A stretch of DNA of 64,000 nucleotides. It comes from an uncultured Chitinophagaceae bacterium. Lineage in GTDB: Bacteria > Bacteroidota > Bacteroidia > Chitinophagales > CAIOSU01. Below the pieces are notes generated by a model. It was given only the letters and a program-made list of their open reading frames with translations, was not told the origin of the DNA and ran no database searches. The stretch spans positions 12,107-76,106 of the forward strand of contig CAZIZP010000018.1 in the NCBI GenBank assembly GCA_964543705.1, written 5' to 3'. Made by a program: the position numbers and the translations under genes. The stretch's first letter is position 1; each line of letters begins with the position of its first letter. Shown here in pieces: positions 21,238 to 31,261 of the stretch.

Positions 21238-24200
21238 CTATTTCAGAATACTGATACTGCCTTTTTGTTCGGCAGTTTTACCGGTTAGGTATGATAACTG
21301 AACTTTATAAACATAAGTATCAGGGTTAAGCAACTTTCCCTTATAAGTACCGTCCCATACACGGGTAATGTCGTTGCTTTCAAATACTTTTTCACCCCAC
21401 CGATTAAAAATTATCCAGTAAAAAGTTTTTACTCCTTTTGCAAAAACTCTAATATCATCATTAATACCATCACCATTAGGTGTAAACACATTTGGAATGT
21501 ATAGTATATACTTTTCGTTTACCGTAACCAAAATTTCTTTTGATGTTGAGCAGCCATTTGAATCAATGGCAGTTACAATATAAGTAGTAGTTTGGTTGGG
21601 ATATGCAAATACTGAATCGCAGTTTGTACAGTTTATATTGTAATCAGGTGAAATACTGTATGAAACACTATTTACTGAATTGCTTGATATAATGAAATTT
21701 ATCGTATCGCCAAAAGGAATATCGAAAATATCTTCAGAAGCATTAATAATAAATGGACTTAAAGGCTGTGTAACGGTAGCTATACCCGAAACTGAACATC
21801 CGTTAGCATCTGTAACGGTTATTTCATAATCACCAGCAGACAAGTTAGTAGCTGTTGCAGCGTTTTGGTTATTCTGCCAGTTGTAATTGTAAGGGGCAAT
21901 GCCACCATTAGGCAAAACGGTTGCAGTACCATTATCTTCACCAAAACAAGCGGGTGTTGATGAAAAGCTAATCATAGGATTTTCAAAAACCAATAAGTTG
22001 CGCTGAATAGTATCTATACAACCACTGGCCGAAATAACAGTTAATTTAACTGTGAAGTTACTTGTAGTGGTGTAGGTATTATTTGGATTTTGATTGTCGG
22101 CAGTATTACTATCACCAAAATCCCATTGCCAACTATTAATAACATCATTGGTTACCGAAGAAGCATCATTAAATTGTGCAGACAATCCTAAACAAACATT
22201 AGTAGTGCTGAAATCGGCTACAGGTTTATAGAAAACGGTAACAGGAATATTGGTAGAATTGGTACAGCCATTATCTGAAGTAACTGTTAAAGTTGCATTA
22301 TAGTTACCACCCGATGTGTAATTATGAGTCGGATTGCTATTATTTGAAGTATTACCATCTCCAAAATCCCAAGCCCAATTTGCAATAGTACCCGAGGTAA
22401 CATTTGAAGCATCAGTAAAAGCGGTAGCATTTCCCTCACATACCGAATCTACAGTTGCTGATGCAACAGGTAATTCATAAACACTTATGGTTTTTGTGGC
22501 AATATTGCTGCAATTATTGGCACTTACAGTAAGTGTTACATCATAATCTCCTGAATTAGCATAGTTATTAGTAGGATTTTGCAATGCTGAAGTACTGCCA
22601 TCGCCAAAATCCCATTGCCAGGAAGTAATACCACCTACTGCAGAAGTTGATACATCTGTAAATGTTGCCACGGTGTTTAGGCAAACATTGCTAAAAACAA
22701 AATCGGCCAAAGGTGATTGATTAACAGAAACTTGTTTTTGAATAGTGGCAGAGCAGTTTGCTGCAGTAGCAACTGTTAATGTTACATCATAATTTCCCGC
22801 TGAAGCATAGCTGTGCGTTGGGTTTTGGTCGGTTGAAGAGTTGCCATCACCAAAATCCCATGTCCATTGTGTAACATTATTGCTTGAAGCATCAGTGAAA
22901 GGAGAAGGAAAGCCAACACAAACATTTTGTGCAGTAAAATCGGCCGTTGGTGGTGCACTTACAGTAATTTGTGCAGTAGTATTATCAGTACAGCCTGAAA
23001 TAGATGTTACTGTTAATGATACTGTGTATGTGTTAGCGGCATTATAAGTGTATGATGGATTTTGTTGAGCCGAAGTACCAATACCATCGCCAAAGCTCCA
23101 TGACCATTGTATAATATTGCCTACAGGTGCTGTTGTTGAGGCATCTGTAAAGCTTGCCAAAGTATTTAAGCAAACATTATTAAAATTAAAATTTGCCTGC
23201 GGAATACTTACCGGAACTTCAGCAGAATAGTTAATAGCTAAACCTTGTATTTGAGGCTGTGTAAATGTTCCGTTAGCACCATTCTGCTGACCACTTTGTC
23301 CGCCATTGCCACGAGCCCCACCGCTAACATCGGCAGTACCGGAAAAATTATTCTGAATAGTCCAAAGTAATTTAACTCTGCCCCCTGCACCACCACCTCC
23401 TCCTTCTTTGTCATCACTATTCTGGCCATTTCCGCCACGTGCGTTAACAGTGGCGTTTCCGCTTATATAATCACCCACCACTCTTACACCACCTCCGGCA
23501 CCGCCACCGGCAGCTTCAGAAGAATTGCCACAACAACAAAGGTTTGTAATAGTTTGACCTGATACATTAGTGGTGCCATTAAACACAATTTCACACCCTC
23601 TTAGGGTAAATGCGCCACCACCTCTTGCAGAGGCAGGACAATCGGAACCACCACCACCACTTCCCATGTCAATATCGTCTCCGTTTGGTGTTCCATAAGC
23701 TGCACCACCTGAACCTGCGCCACATCCGCCTGTGCCACCTGCTCCGCCATAGCCTCCACCACCACCACCACAGCCCCCGCCATTATCAGTTCCGCCAGCA
23801 CCAGGACCAGAAGCTGGCATATAGCCTAAGTTTGCACCGTTGTAGCTTCCGTTAAATATTATTTTTCTCGCAGATAAAATTACAGGCTGCATTGAAGCCA
23901 TTGTAATAGCACCTCCGGGTTGAACTTCTATCCAGTCATAATTTACTGTACCTGAAAGGGGTGAAGGTGCGTTAATGGTAAGTACGTTAGGAAACATATT
24001 GTTAAAGGTAACAGCAGCTGCCGTAGCACTTGCATTGCCATAGTACATGTAAATTGTTATAGAACCACCCGCAGGAATTGCCGGCATTCTTACCCAAATG
24101 TTAGTTGCATTGGTGTTCAATCCATTTTCAATGTAGTAATCTAAATAGCTTCCGCAGGTATTATAAACGAAACGAATATCGTTGCCATTAGCCTGCATTT

Positions 24201-24414
24201 TTCCTTGAGAAATAGGTATTTGAGTATTTATTTTCAGCAAGGTTTGTAAATTGGCGGTGGTTGCTGCTGTTCCATTGTTGGTAATGGTTATTGGAACTAT
24301 ATAATTCCAGCCGTTAAACGGGCAACATACGCTTGCGCTTTGTGCTGTTGCATATTTAGTTGAGAAAACCTCAACAGCAATAAAAAGCAATATGAAATAG
24401 ATGGTTCTTTTCAT
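21238..24414 (-). CDS. DUF2341-like + glycine-rich + PKD-repeat protein with gliding-motility-type C-terminal domain (T9SS type B)
   Basis: GNDIRF...IWVRMP (DUF2341-like); multiple WxWDFGDG...QNP PKD repeats; IPNVFTPNGDGINDD...IFNRWGE. Confidence 0.88.
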   Translation of the reverse strand: MKRTIYFILLFIAVEVFSTKYATAQSASVCCPFNGWNYIVPITITNNGTAATTANLQTLLKINTQIPISQGKMQANGNDIRFVYNTCGSYLDYYIENGLNTNATNIWVRMPAIPAGGSITIYMYYGNASATAAAVTFNNMFPNVLTINAPSPLSGTVNYDWIEVQPGGAITMASMQPVILSARKIIFNGSYNGANLGYMPASGPGAGGTDNGGGCGGGGGGYGGAGGTGGCGAGSGGAAYGTPNGDDIDMGSGGGGSDCPASARGGGAFTLRGCEIVFNGTTNVSGQTITNLCCCGNSSEAAGGGAGGGVRVVGDYISGNATVNARGGNGQNSDDKEGGGGGAGGRVKLLWTIQNNFSGTADVSGGARGNGGQSGQQNGANGTFTQPQIQGLAINYSAEVPVSIPQANFNFNNVCLNTLASFTDASTTAPVGNIIQWSWSFGDGIGTSAQQNPSYTYNAANTYTVSLTVTSISGCTDNTTAQITVSAPPTADFTAQNVCVGFPSPFTDASSNNVTQWTWDFGDGNSSTDQNPTHSYASAGNYDVTLTVATAANCSATIQKQVSVNQSPLADFVFSNVCLNTVATFTDVSTSAVGGITSWQWDFGDGSTSALQNPTNNYANSGDYDVTLTVSANNCSNIATKTISVYELPVASATVDSVCEGNATAFTDASNVTSGTIANWAWDFGDGNTSNNSNPTHNYTSGGNYNATLTVTSDNGCTNSTNIPVTVFYKPVADFSTTNVCLGLSAQFNDASSVTNDVINSWQWDFGDSNTADNQNPNNTYTTTSNFTVKLTVISASGCIDTIQRNLLVFENPMISFSSTPACFGEDNGTATVLPNGGIAPYNYNWQNNQNAATATNLSAGDYEITVTDANGCSVSGIATVTQPLSPFIINASEDIFDIPFGDTINFIISSNSVNSVSYSISPDYNINCTNCDSVFAYPNQTTTYIVTAIDSNGCSTSKEILVTVNEKYILYIPNVFTPNGDGINDDIRVFAKGVKTFYWIIFNRWGEKVFESNDITRVWDGTYKGKLLNPDTYVYKVQLSYLTGKTAEQKGSISILK

Positions 24415-24650
24415 AGTAGTTGGTTTACGACAAATTTAGCTGATTACACTTAGATTACAACTTAGAATAACGTATCAATTTATTCACAAGAATTAGTTTT
24501 CATAATGCAGCTTGGTATAAAATATTATATTCGGAAATAGAAAGAGTTTATTGTTGTAGGAATGTTATTATTAAATAAATGCATTTTGATACTGAATAAA
24601 TAATCCTCAAGCTAAAAATATGACTAAGCTTTATACTTAAATAAAAAGTA

Positions 24651-25787
24651 ATGGCAAATCAAGAAAAACACCTGCACATTATATCGTTTAACATTCCTTT
24701 TCCTGCCAACTATGGAGGCGTAATTGATGTGTATTATAAAATAAAAGCGCTACACGAATTAGGTGTTAAAGTGCATCTTCATGCCTTTCATTATGGCAGA
24801 GAACAATCGCCCGAATTGGAAGCTATTTGTTATAAAGTGCATTATTATGCAAGAAAAACTTTTTTTCAGGCAATATATAGTAGCGTGCCTTATATAGTAG
24901 GTTCGCGCAAAAGCGATGACATGCTTTCGGTATTAGCACAAGATGACTACCCAATTTTGTTTGAAGGCTTACACACTTGTTTTTATTTGAATCACCCGAC
25001 CCTAAAAAACAGATTAAAAATTGTGCGCATGCACAATGTTGAGTGGGACTATTACAACAGTTTAGGTAAAGCGGAAAAGAATTTTTTCATAAAGTTTTAT
25101 TTGTATTCTGAATCATCAAAACTTAAAAAGTATGAAGAGATACTAAAAGGGGCTAATCTGATAATTGGTATTTCTTTAAAAGACACGGCTTACTTCGATG
25201 AGCGTTTTCAGAATGTACATTATGTGCCGGCATTTCATCCGCACGAAGTAATAAAAAGTAAAACCGGTACTGGCGATTATGCCTTGTATCATGGTAATTT
25301 AAAAGTGCAGGAAAATAATCAGGCTGCTGTGTATTTAATAAAAAAGATTTTCGATGAATTGCCTTATAAACTTACCATTGCAGGCACTTCGCCTTCAGAT
25401 ATGCTGAAGAAAGAAATGAAGAAACAAGAACGATATACTTTGGTTGATAGCCCTTACGATGCACAAATGCAAGAGCTAATTGAAAATGCTCAAATTAATG
25501 TGCTGCCTACTTTTCAGCCTACAGGTATAAAACTGAAATTAATTAATGCCTTATACAATGGCAGATGGGTTATTGCCAACCCATTTATGGTGCAAAATAC
25601 TGGCTTGGAAGAGTTATGTATTGTTGCCAACACTGCCGATGAAATGATTCATGCTGTATTAGAATACATGAACAAACCTTTTCCTGAAGAAATTATTGAG
25701 CTGCGAAAAAGAGTGTTGCACGAAAAATTTTCTAACAATGCCAACGCACTGCAACTTATTAAATTGATATATGGGAATCTTCAATAA
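24651..25787 (+). CDS. Glycosyltransferase (GT-B, family 4-like)
   Basis: PFPANYGGVIDVYYKIKAL, GIKLKLINAL. Confidence 0.8.
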   Translation: MANQEKHLHIISFNIPFPANYGGVIDVYYKIKALHELGVKVHLHAFHYGREQSPELEAICYKVHYYARKTFFQAIYSSVPYIVGSRKSDDMLSVLAQDDYPILFEGLHTCFYLNHPTLKNRLKIVRMHNVEWDYYNSLGKAEKNFFIKFYLYSESSKLKKYEEILKGANLIIGISLKDTAYFDERFQNVHYVPAFHPHEVIKSKTGTGDYALYHGNLKVQENNQAAVYLIKKIFDELPYKLTIAGTSPSDMLKKEMKKQERYTLVDSPYDAQMQELIENAQINVLPTFQPTGIKLKLINALYNGRWVIANPFMVQNTGLEELCIVANTADEMIHAVLEYMNKPFPEEIIELRKRVLHEKFSNNANALQLIKLIYGNLQ

Positions 25788-26448
25788 GATTGCCTTGTTG
25801 CACTTTTACAATTCGTGCAGGATATTTTTCTAATAACAAATAATTATGCGTTGCCATTAATACGGCTGTATTCAACTCGTTGTTTAGTTTTATCATCAGC
25901 CGCATAATTTCATCAGAAGTATCAGGATCAAGGTTTCCGGTGGGCTCATCGGCCAATATTAAAGCAGGCTCGTTTAATAAAGCACGTGCAATAACTACAC
26001 GTTGTTGTTCACCGCCCGAAAGTTCATGTGGCATACGATAGCCTTTAGTTTGTAAACCTACTTTAGTTAAAACCTCATCAATACGCACATCCATATCTTT
26101 TTGGTTTTTCCATCCGGTTGCTTTCAGCACAAATTCTAAATTGTCTTTTACGCTTCTATCGGTAAGCAATTGAAAATCTTGAAAAACTATCCCCAACTTT
26201 CTTCTTAAAAACGGAACTTGTGCGGGTTTTAATTTTTGCAAATCAAATTCATCTACTCTTCCAAAACCATGAGCAATTTGTAAATCGCCATATAAGGTTT
26301 TTAGCAGACTACTTTTACCACTGCCAGTTTTACCAATTAAGAAAATAAATTCTCCTTTGTTTACAGTAAGGCTTACGCCATTTAACAAAAGAGATTTGCC
26401 CTTATATACAAAGGCATCTTTTAGTTCTATGAGTGGTTGTGTTTCCAT
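25759..26448 (-). CDS. ftsE: Cell division ATP-binding protein FtsE
   Basis: [42 protein letters not shown]; likely start METQ at 26448. Confidence 0.85.
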   Translation of the reverse strand: METQPLIELKDAFVYKGKSLLLNGVSLTVNKGEFIFLIGKTGSGKSSLLKTLYGDLQIAHGFGRVDEFDLQKLKPAQVPFLRRKLGIVFQDFQLLTDRSVKDNLEFVLKATGWKNQKDMDVRIDEVLTKVGLQTKGYRMPHELSGGEQQRVVIARALLNEPALILADEPTGNLDPDTSDEIMRLMIKLNNELNTAVLMATHNYLLLEKYPARIVKVQQGNLIEDSHISI

Positions 26449-26481
26449 GTTTTTTGCTACGAAGGCGCTAAGGCACAAAGT

Positions 26482-27900
26482 TTATTTTATAAGTTTACCT
26501 CTTTCAACTTGCTTGTTTGCGTATGTCAAGTTATAAAAAATCATTCCGCTAAAATCGTTTTTAAACAAAATTATTTCTTCACTATTGTATAAATGCTTTT
26601 TAAAAATTTCTTTTCCGGTGATATCGTAAAAAACAATTTCAGCAGGTAGTAATTGCTCATTTTTAAAAGCAATTTTCACTTCATTTTTTTCTATCGGATT
26701 AGGAAATATTTTAGCATTGCTGAAATCAGTTTCTACATAATCTGCAACAGAAGTAGTGTTGTATGTAGTGTCAAATCTTGCCACGTAAGCATCAGAAATA
26801 AAATTATCGCTTCTTAGCTTAAAGCCCGCTAAAACAAAGCTTCCCAATTCAGGTTGGGTAACTGTTCTTATTGTAGCCGGAAACACTTTGCTCCATAATT
26901 CATTGCCCGCAGTATCGGTTTTTATTAAGGTAGTTTCGCAGCCAATATCGCCACTTGTAATAAAGCTGAAAGCATACGCTTCATCTAAAGTATTATAGGC
27001 CTTGTAGTACGAGCTACCACAAGGAATACCTTTGTTTTTACTCCATAAAATATCGCCTTCAGCAGTAGTTTTCATAATTACAATTTCGCCACTGTTACGT
27101 GTGCCATTAATAATGAAATTTCCATCGGGTGTAGCATCCATACCATATCCTCTGAAATCGCCTGCAATATCAATAATAAATGAACTTATTGAGTCGCCAT
27201 TAGCATTAAACTGTACTAAGAAATATTTACCCAAGTTACTTGTAGTATTGTTTGTCCAACCGAAAGCAGCAATATTGCCATTAGGCATTTCTTTTATCGA
27301 ATAAAATTGCTGATTGCCTGTACCGCCTATAGGCGTTAGCCACACTTCATTTCCGTCTTTATCTAATTTTAATACAAAGGCATCGTATGAGGCATTTTGC
27401 TGGCAATCTTGTATAGAATAAAAACCAGTAAATAAATAGCCGTCATTTATTACTGCAACATCATACACCACATTATTACACACGCCAAGCGTATATTTTT
27501 TCTCCCAATCTTTGCTGAATAAATCGTTCACTTTTGAAAGTATGATGGTATCGTAAACTAATCCTGATTTTTCGCCACCTGCAAAAATAAATTTGTTTCC
27601 ATTAGGCGAATTTTCAAAAGCATAAAAACCACTGCCCTTAAAATTTTGTATTGCTGAAACGCTGTCGCCATTAGTATCTAGTAATACAATACTGCCTTCA
27701 TAATCTCCCGGAATTTGGCTGCAATTAGCATTGCTCGATACTACATACAGCGCATTGCCATACGCAGTAAAGGCTTCTTCATAGCAGTTAGGTTCGCCAA
27801 ATGTAGTTTCAAAAACAATTTGAGAATAGTTTACAATATAGCAAAGCAGTAATAAAATAGTAGTGTAAAGCCTTTTCAAATTCAGCATATATTTTTTCAA
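26482..27900 (-). CDS. T9SS type A cargo protein (beta-propeller-like repeats)
   Basis: Signal peptide, repeated KxDxxGNxxW motifs, C-terminal IFPNP domain. Confidence 0.8.
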   Translation of the reverse strand: MKKYMLNLKRLYTTILLLLCYIVNYSQIVFETTFGEPNCYEEAFTAYGNALYVVSSNANCSQIPGDYEGSIVLLDTNGDSVSAIQNFKGSGFYAFENSPNGNKFIFAGGEKSGLVYDTIILSKVNDLFSKDWEKKYTLGVCNNVVYDVAVINDGYLFTGFYSIQDCQQNASYDAFVLKLDKDGNEVWLTPIGGTGNQQFYSIKEMPNGNIAAFGWTNNTTSNLGKYFLVQFNANGDSISSFIIDIAGDFRGYGMDATPDGNFIINGTRNSGEIVIMKTTAEGDILWSKNKGIPCGSSYYKAYNTLDEAYAFSFITSGDIGCETTLIKTDTAGNELWSKVFPATIRTVTQPELGSFVLAGFKLRSDNFISDAYVARFDTTYNTTSVADYVETDFSNAKIFPNPIEKNEVKIAFKNEQLLPAEIVFYDITGKEIFKKHLYNSEEIILFKNDFSGMIFYNLTYANKQVERGKLIK

Positions 27901-27992
27901 AACTAAGTATTTTCAATGCTACCTTTTCAACAAAGAATCAGACTGTTGTCTGTTTTTGAATTTTGTAGATTTATTATGAAATAAGAATTACT

Positions 27993-29894
27993 ATGACACC
28001 AAGAATACATTCATTAGAAGAATATCAAGCGGCATATAAAAAAAGCGTTAATGAGCCTGAAAATTTCTGGAGCGAAATAGGAGAAACCTTTACATGGAGA
28101 AAAAAATGGGATACTGTTTTGCAATGGGATTTTAAAAAGCCTGAAGTAAAATGGTTTTTAAACGGAAAGTTGAATATTACTGAAAATGTTTTAGACCGTC
28201 ATTTAGCTGCAAGAGGCAATCAAACAGCAATAATTTGGGAAGGCAATAAGCCCGATGAAGCAACAAGAAAATTAACTTATGCTGAATTATATAAAGAGGT
28301 ATGCAAATTCGCCAATGTGTTGCTTTCATTAGGCATTGAAAAAGGTGACAGAGTGTGCATTTATATGCCCATGATACCTGAACTTGTTGTCGCTATTCTG
28401 GCGACAGCACGAATTGGTGCAGTTCATTCCGTAGTTTTTGCAGGTTTTTCTTCTCGTGCATTAGCCGATAGAATTAATGATGCTGATGCAAAGTTGCTGA
28501 TTACTTCCGATGGCTTTTTTAGGGGAGAAAAAAATGTAGCCTTAAAAGATATTGCCGATGAAGCTTTAAAAGATTGTGCAGGGGTGAAGAATGTTATTGT
28601 ATATAGGCGCACATCGCAAAACATACAATGGAACAGCGAAAAAGATTTATGGTGGCATGAATTAATGCAAATTATTTCCGAAGAAAATACTGCCACTGAA
28701 ATCGATGCTGAAGACCCTTTATTCATTCTTTACACTTCGGGTTCAACCGGAAAGCCAAAAGGTATCATGCACACTTGTGGTGGCTATATGGTTTATGCTG
28801 AATATTCTTTCAGAAATGTATTTCAGTATAATGAAGGAGATGTTTATTGGTGTACTGCCGATATTGGTTGGGTAACAGGTCATTCTTATATTGTCTATGG
28901 GCCATTGCTTGCAGGGGCCACTACCTTAATGTTTGAAGGTATTCCAACCTATCCCGATGCAGGAAGGTTTTGGGATGTAGTAGATAAACACCAAGTGAAT
29001 ATTTTTTATACAGCACCAACCGCCATTCGCTCGTTAGAATCGCAGGGCACCGAATATGTTTACAAAAGAAGTTTAAGTTCGCTAAAAGTATTAGGCACAG
29101 TTGGTGAGCCTATTAATGTTGAAGCTTGGGAATGGTATAATGAGCATGTGGGAAAAAAACAATGCCCTATTGTAGATACATGGTGGCAAACAGAAACCGG
29201 TGGCGTTATGATTTCGCCATTAGCAGGTATTACTGAAACCAAGCCGGGCTATGCTACTTTGCCGTTGCCGGGTATTCAGCCTTGTTTGTTAAATGAAAAT
29301 GGAGAAGAAATTACCAATACAGTGGGCGAAGGAAGATTGTGTATCAAGTTTCCTTGGCCATCTATGGCCCGCAGTATTTGGGGCGACCATGAGCGTTTCA
29401 GACAAACCTATTTTTCAACATTTGAAAATAAATATTTTACAGGCGATGGCTGCCGAAGAGATAGCGATGGCTATTATAGAATTACCGGTAGGGTAGATGA
29501 TATTATTATTGTTTCGGGGCACAACTTAGGAACAGCAGAGATTGAAAATGCTATAGACGAGCATGAAGCCGTTTGCGAAACTGCCGTAGTAGGCTATCCT
29601 CATGCAGTGAAAGGCTTTGCGGTATATGCTTATGTTCAATTGTATAGCCATGTGACTACTGATTCTGATGCGCTTCGAAAAGAAATAAACGATTTGGTTT
29701 CAAAAACCATTGGTGCAATTGCCAAGCCTGAAAAAATTCAGTTTGTAAATGGCTTACCGAAAACCCGTTCAGGAAAAATTATGCGTAGAATACTTCGTAA
29801 AATAGCTGAAGGTGATACTTCTAATTTAGGCGATACTTCTACATTGTTAGATCCCTCGGTAGTGGACGATATTAAAAAAGGAGTTTTGAATTAA
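27993..29894 (+). CDS. acs: Acetate--CoA ligase
   Basis: YTSGSTGKPKG, DTWWQTETGG, PKTRSGKIMRR. Confidence 0.96.
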   Translation: MTPRIHSLEEYQAAYKKSVNEPENFWSEIGETFTWRKKWDTVLQWDFKKPEVKWFLNGKLNITENVLDRHLAARGNQTAIIWEGNKPDEATRKLTYAELYKEVCKFANVLLSLGIEKGDRVCIYMPMIPELVVAILATARIGAVHSVVFAGFSSRALADRINDADAKLLITSDGFFRGEKNVALKDIADEALKDCAGVKNVIVYRRTSQNIQWNSEKDLWWHELMQIISEENTATEIDAEDPLFILYTSGSTGKPKGIMHTCGGYMVYAEYSFRNVFQYNEGDVYWCTADIGWVTGHSYIVYGPLLAGATTLMFEGIPTYPDAGRFWDVVDKHQVNIFYTAPTAIRSLESQGTEYVYKRSLSSLKVLGTVGEPINVEAWEWYNEHVGKKQCPIVDTWWQTETGGVMISPLAGITETKPGYATLPLPGIQPCLLNENGEEITNTVGEGRLCIKFPWPSMARSIWGDHERFRQTYFSTFENKYFTGDGCRRDSDGYYRITGRVDDIIIVSGHNLGTAEIENAIDEHEAVCETAVVGYPHAVKGFAVYAYVQLYSHVTTDSDALRKEINDLVSKTIGAIAKPEKIQFVNGLPKTRSGKIMRRILRKIAEGDTSNLGDTSTLLDPSVVDDIKKGVLN

Positions 29895-31180
29895 ACAATC
29901 TCTTGCTTTAAAAACTCTTCTATTGCATCATAAATTGTTTTTAATTCAATTTCATTAATACAATAAGGTGGCATTATATAAACGGTATTGCCTAACGGTC
30001 GAAGCAAAATATTTTTACTTAAAAAGAATTCGTAAATAGTATCTCTTTCAGAATGAAAATATGATTTGTCTTCACTAGTGAGATACTCGAAAGCTATTAT
30101 TGTGCCTTTGCTTCTTGGGTTACCGACATTGTTGTAGGTTTTAAGTTTTGCTACAAACTGCTCGTGCATGGCTCTAATCATTGCAATGCCATTACAAGTT
30201 TCATCTTGCTTAAACAAATCGAGGCTTGCCAGCGCAGCAGCACAGGCTACAGGGTTGGCAGTGTAAGAATGTCCGTGAAAAAATGTTTTCAGTTTATCAT
30301 CGCTCCAAAACATTTGGTATATAGCCTCGGTACAAGATGTTGCACCCAGTGCCATAGTGCCACCTGTAATGCCTTTCGACATGCAAATAATATCGGGCTT
30401 ATGTGCTAAATAATCGCTGGCAAACATTCGTCCGGTGCGGGCAAATCCTGTCATTACTTCATCGGCAACACACAGTATATTGTTTTCTTTGCAAAGGGCA
30501 ATTAAATTATCTAAAGCTTCAGGCTCGTACATAATCATGCCCTCGGCACCTTGCACCAGTGGTTCAAAAATAAATGCCGCTACTTTTTTATGCTGAATAA
30601 TATTATTCAGTTGTTGCAATGCAATAGCTTCTTTACCTGTAACGGGTGTTTCAATAAAATTTACATCGAACAAATTTGGGCTGAACGGATGGGTATATGC
30701 TGAGCGTTGACTTACCGACATTGCTCCAAAAGTATCGCCATGATAGCTGTTTTGAAAAGCAACAATATCATACTTTTCAATACCTTGATTATACCAATAC
30801 TGAAAAGCCATTTTCAAGGCTACTTCTACGGCTGTTGAACCGTTATCTGAATAGAATATTTTACTGTGCTTTTCGGGTAGCAGTTTCAACAGTCTTTCAG
30901 CAAGTCGCACGGCAGGCTCGTGGGTAAAGCCTGCAAAAATTACATGCTCTAAAGTGTTCAGTTGTTCAAAAACTTTTTGCGCAATATAGGGGTGTGCATG
31001 ACCATGCGTATTTACCCACCACGATGAAATGCCATCAATATATTTCGTTCCATTTTCATCATACAAATAAACACCTTCACCTTTTACAATAGGAATGGCG
31101 TTGCTTTCTAATTTCATTTGTGTAAACGGATGCCACACCGATTGTAAATCTCTTTGCTGAAGATTGTTAGAATGATTCAT
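29891..31180 (-). CDS. bioA: Adenosylmethionine--8-amino-7-oxononanoate transaminase
   Basis: WHPFTQM, SSWWVNTHGH, ADEVMTGFART, SKGITGG, HGHSYTANP. Confidence 0.95.
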   Translation of the reverse strand: MNHSNNLQQRDLQSVWHPFTQMKLESNAIPIVKGEGVYLYDENGTKYIDGISSWWVNTHGHAHPYIAQKVFEQLNTLEHVIFAGFTHEPAVRLAERLLKLLPEKHSKIFYSDNGSTAVEVALKMAFQYWYNQGIEKYDIVAFQNSYHGDTFGAMSVSQRSAYTHPFSPNLFDVNFIETPVTGKEAIALQQLNNIIQHKKVAAFIFEPLVQGAEGMIMYEPEALDNLIALCKENNILCVADEVMTGFARTGRMFASDYLAHKPDIICMSKGITGGTMALGATSCTEAIYQMFWSDDKLKTFFHGHSYTANPVACAAALASLDLFKQDETCNGIAMIRAMHEQFVAKLKTYNNVGNPRSKGTIIAFEYLTSEDKSYFHSERDTIYEFFLSKNILLRPLGNTVYIMPPYCINEIELKTIYDAIEEFLKQEIV

Positions 31181-31194
31181 GTGTTTTTATTGTT

Positions 31195-31253
31195 TCCCGC
31201 TAATCTCGCAGATTACCCTAATTATTTCTGCGTTATCTGTGCAATCTGCGGGA
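31195..31253. repeat. REP-like imperfect palindrome (CCCGC..GCAGATT...ATCTG..GCGGGA)
   Basis: TCCCGC/GCGGGA ends with internal GCAGAT/ATCTGT/ATCTGC; intergenic. Confidence 0.55.
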
Positions 31254-31261
31254 GATACTTT

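Noticed and set aside
25759-26448. ftsE without ftsX; bioA (29891-31180) without other bio genes
   Set aside because: Dispersed organisation of these genes is ordinary in this phylum.
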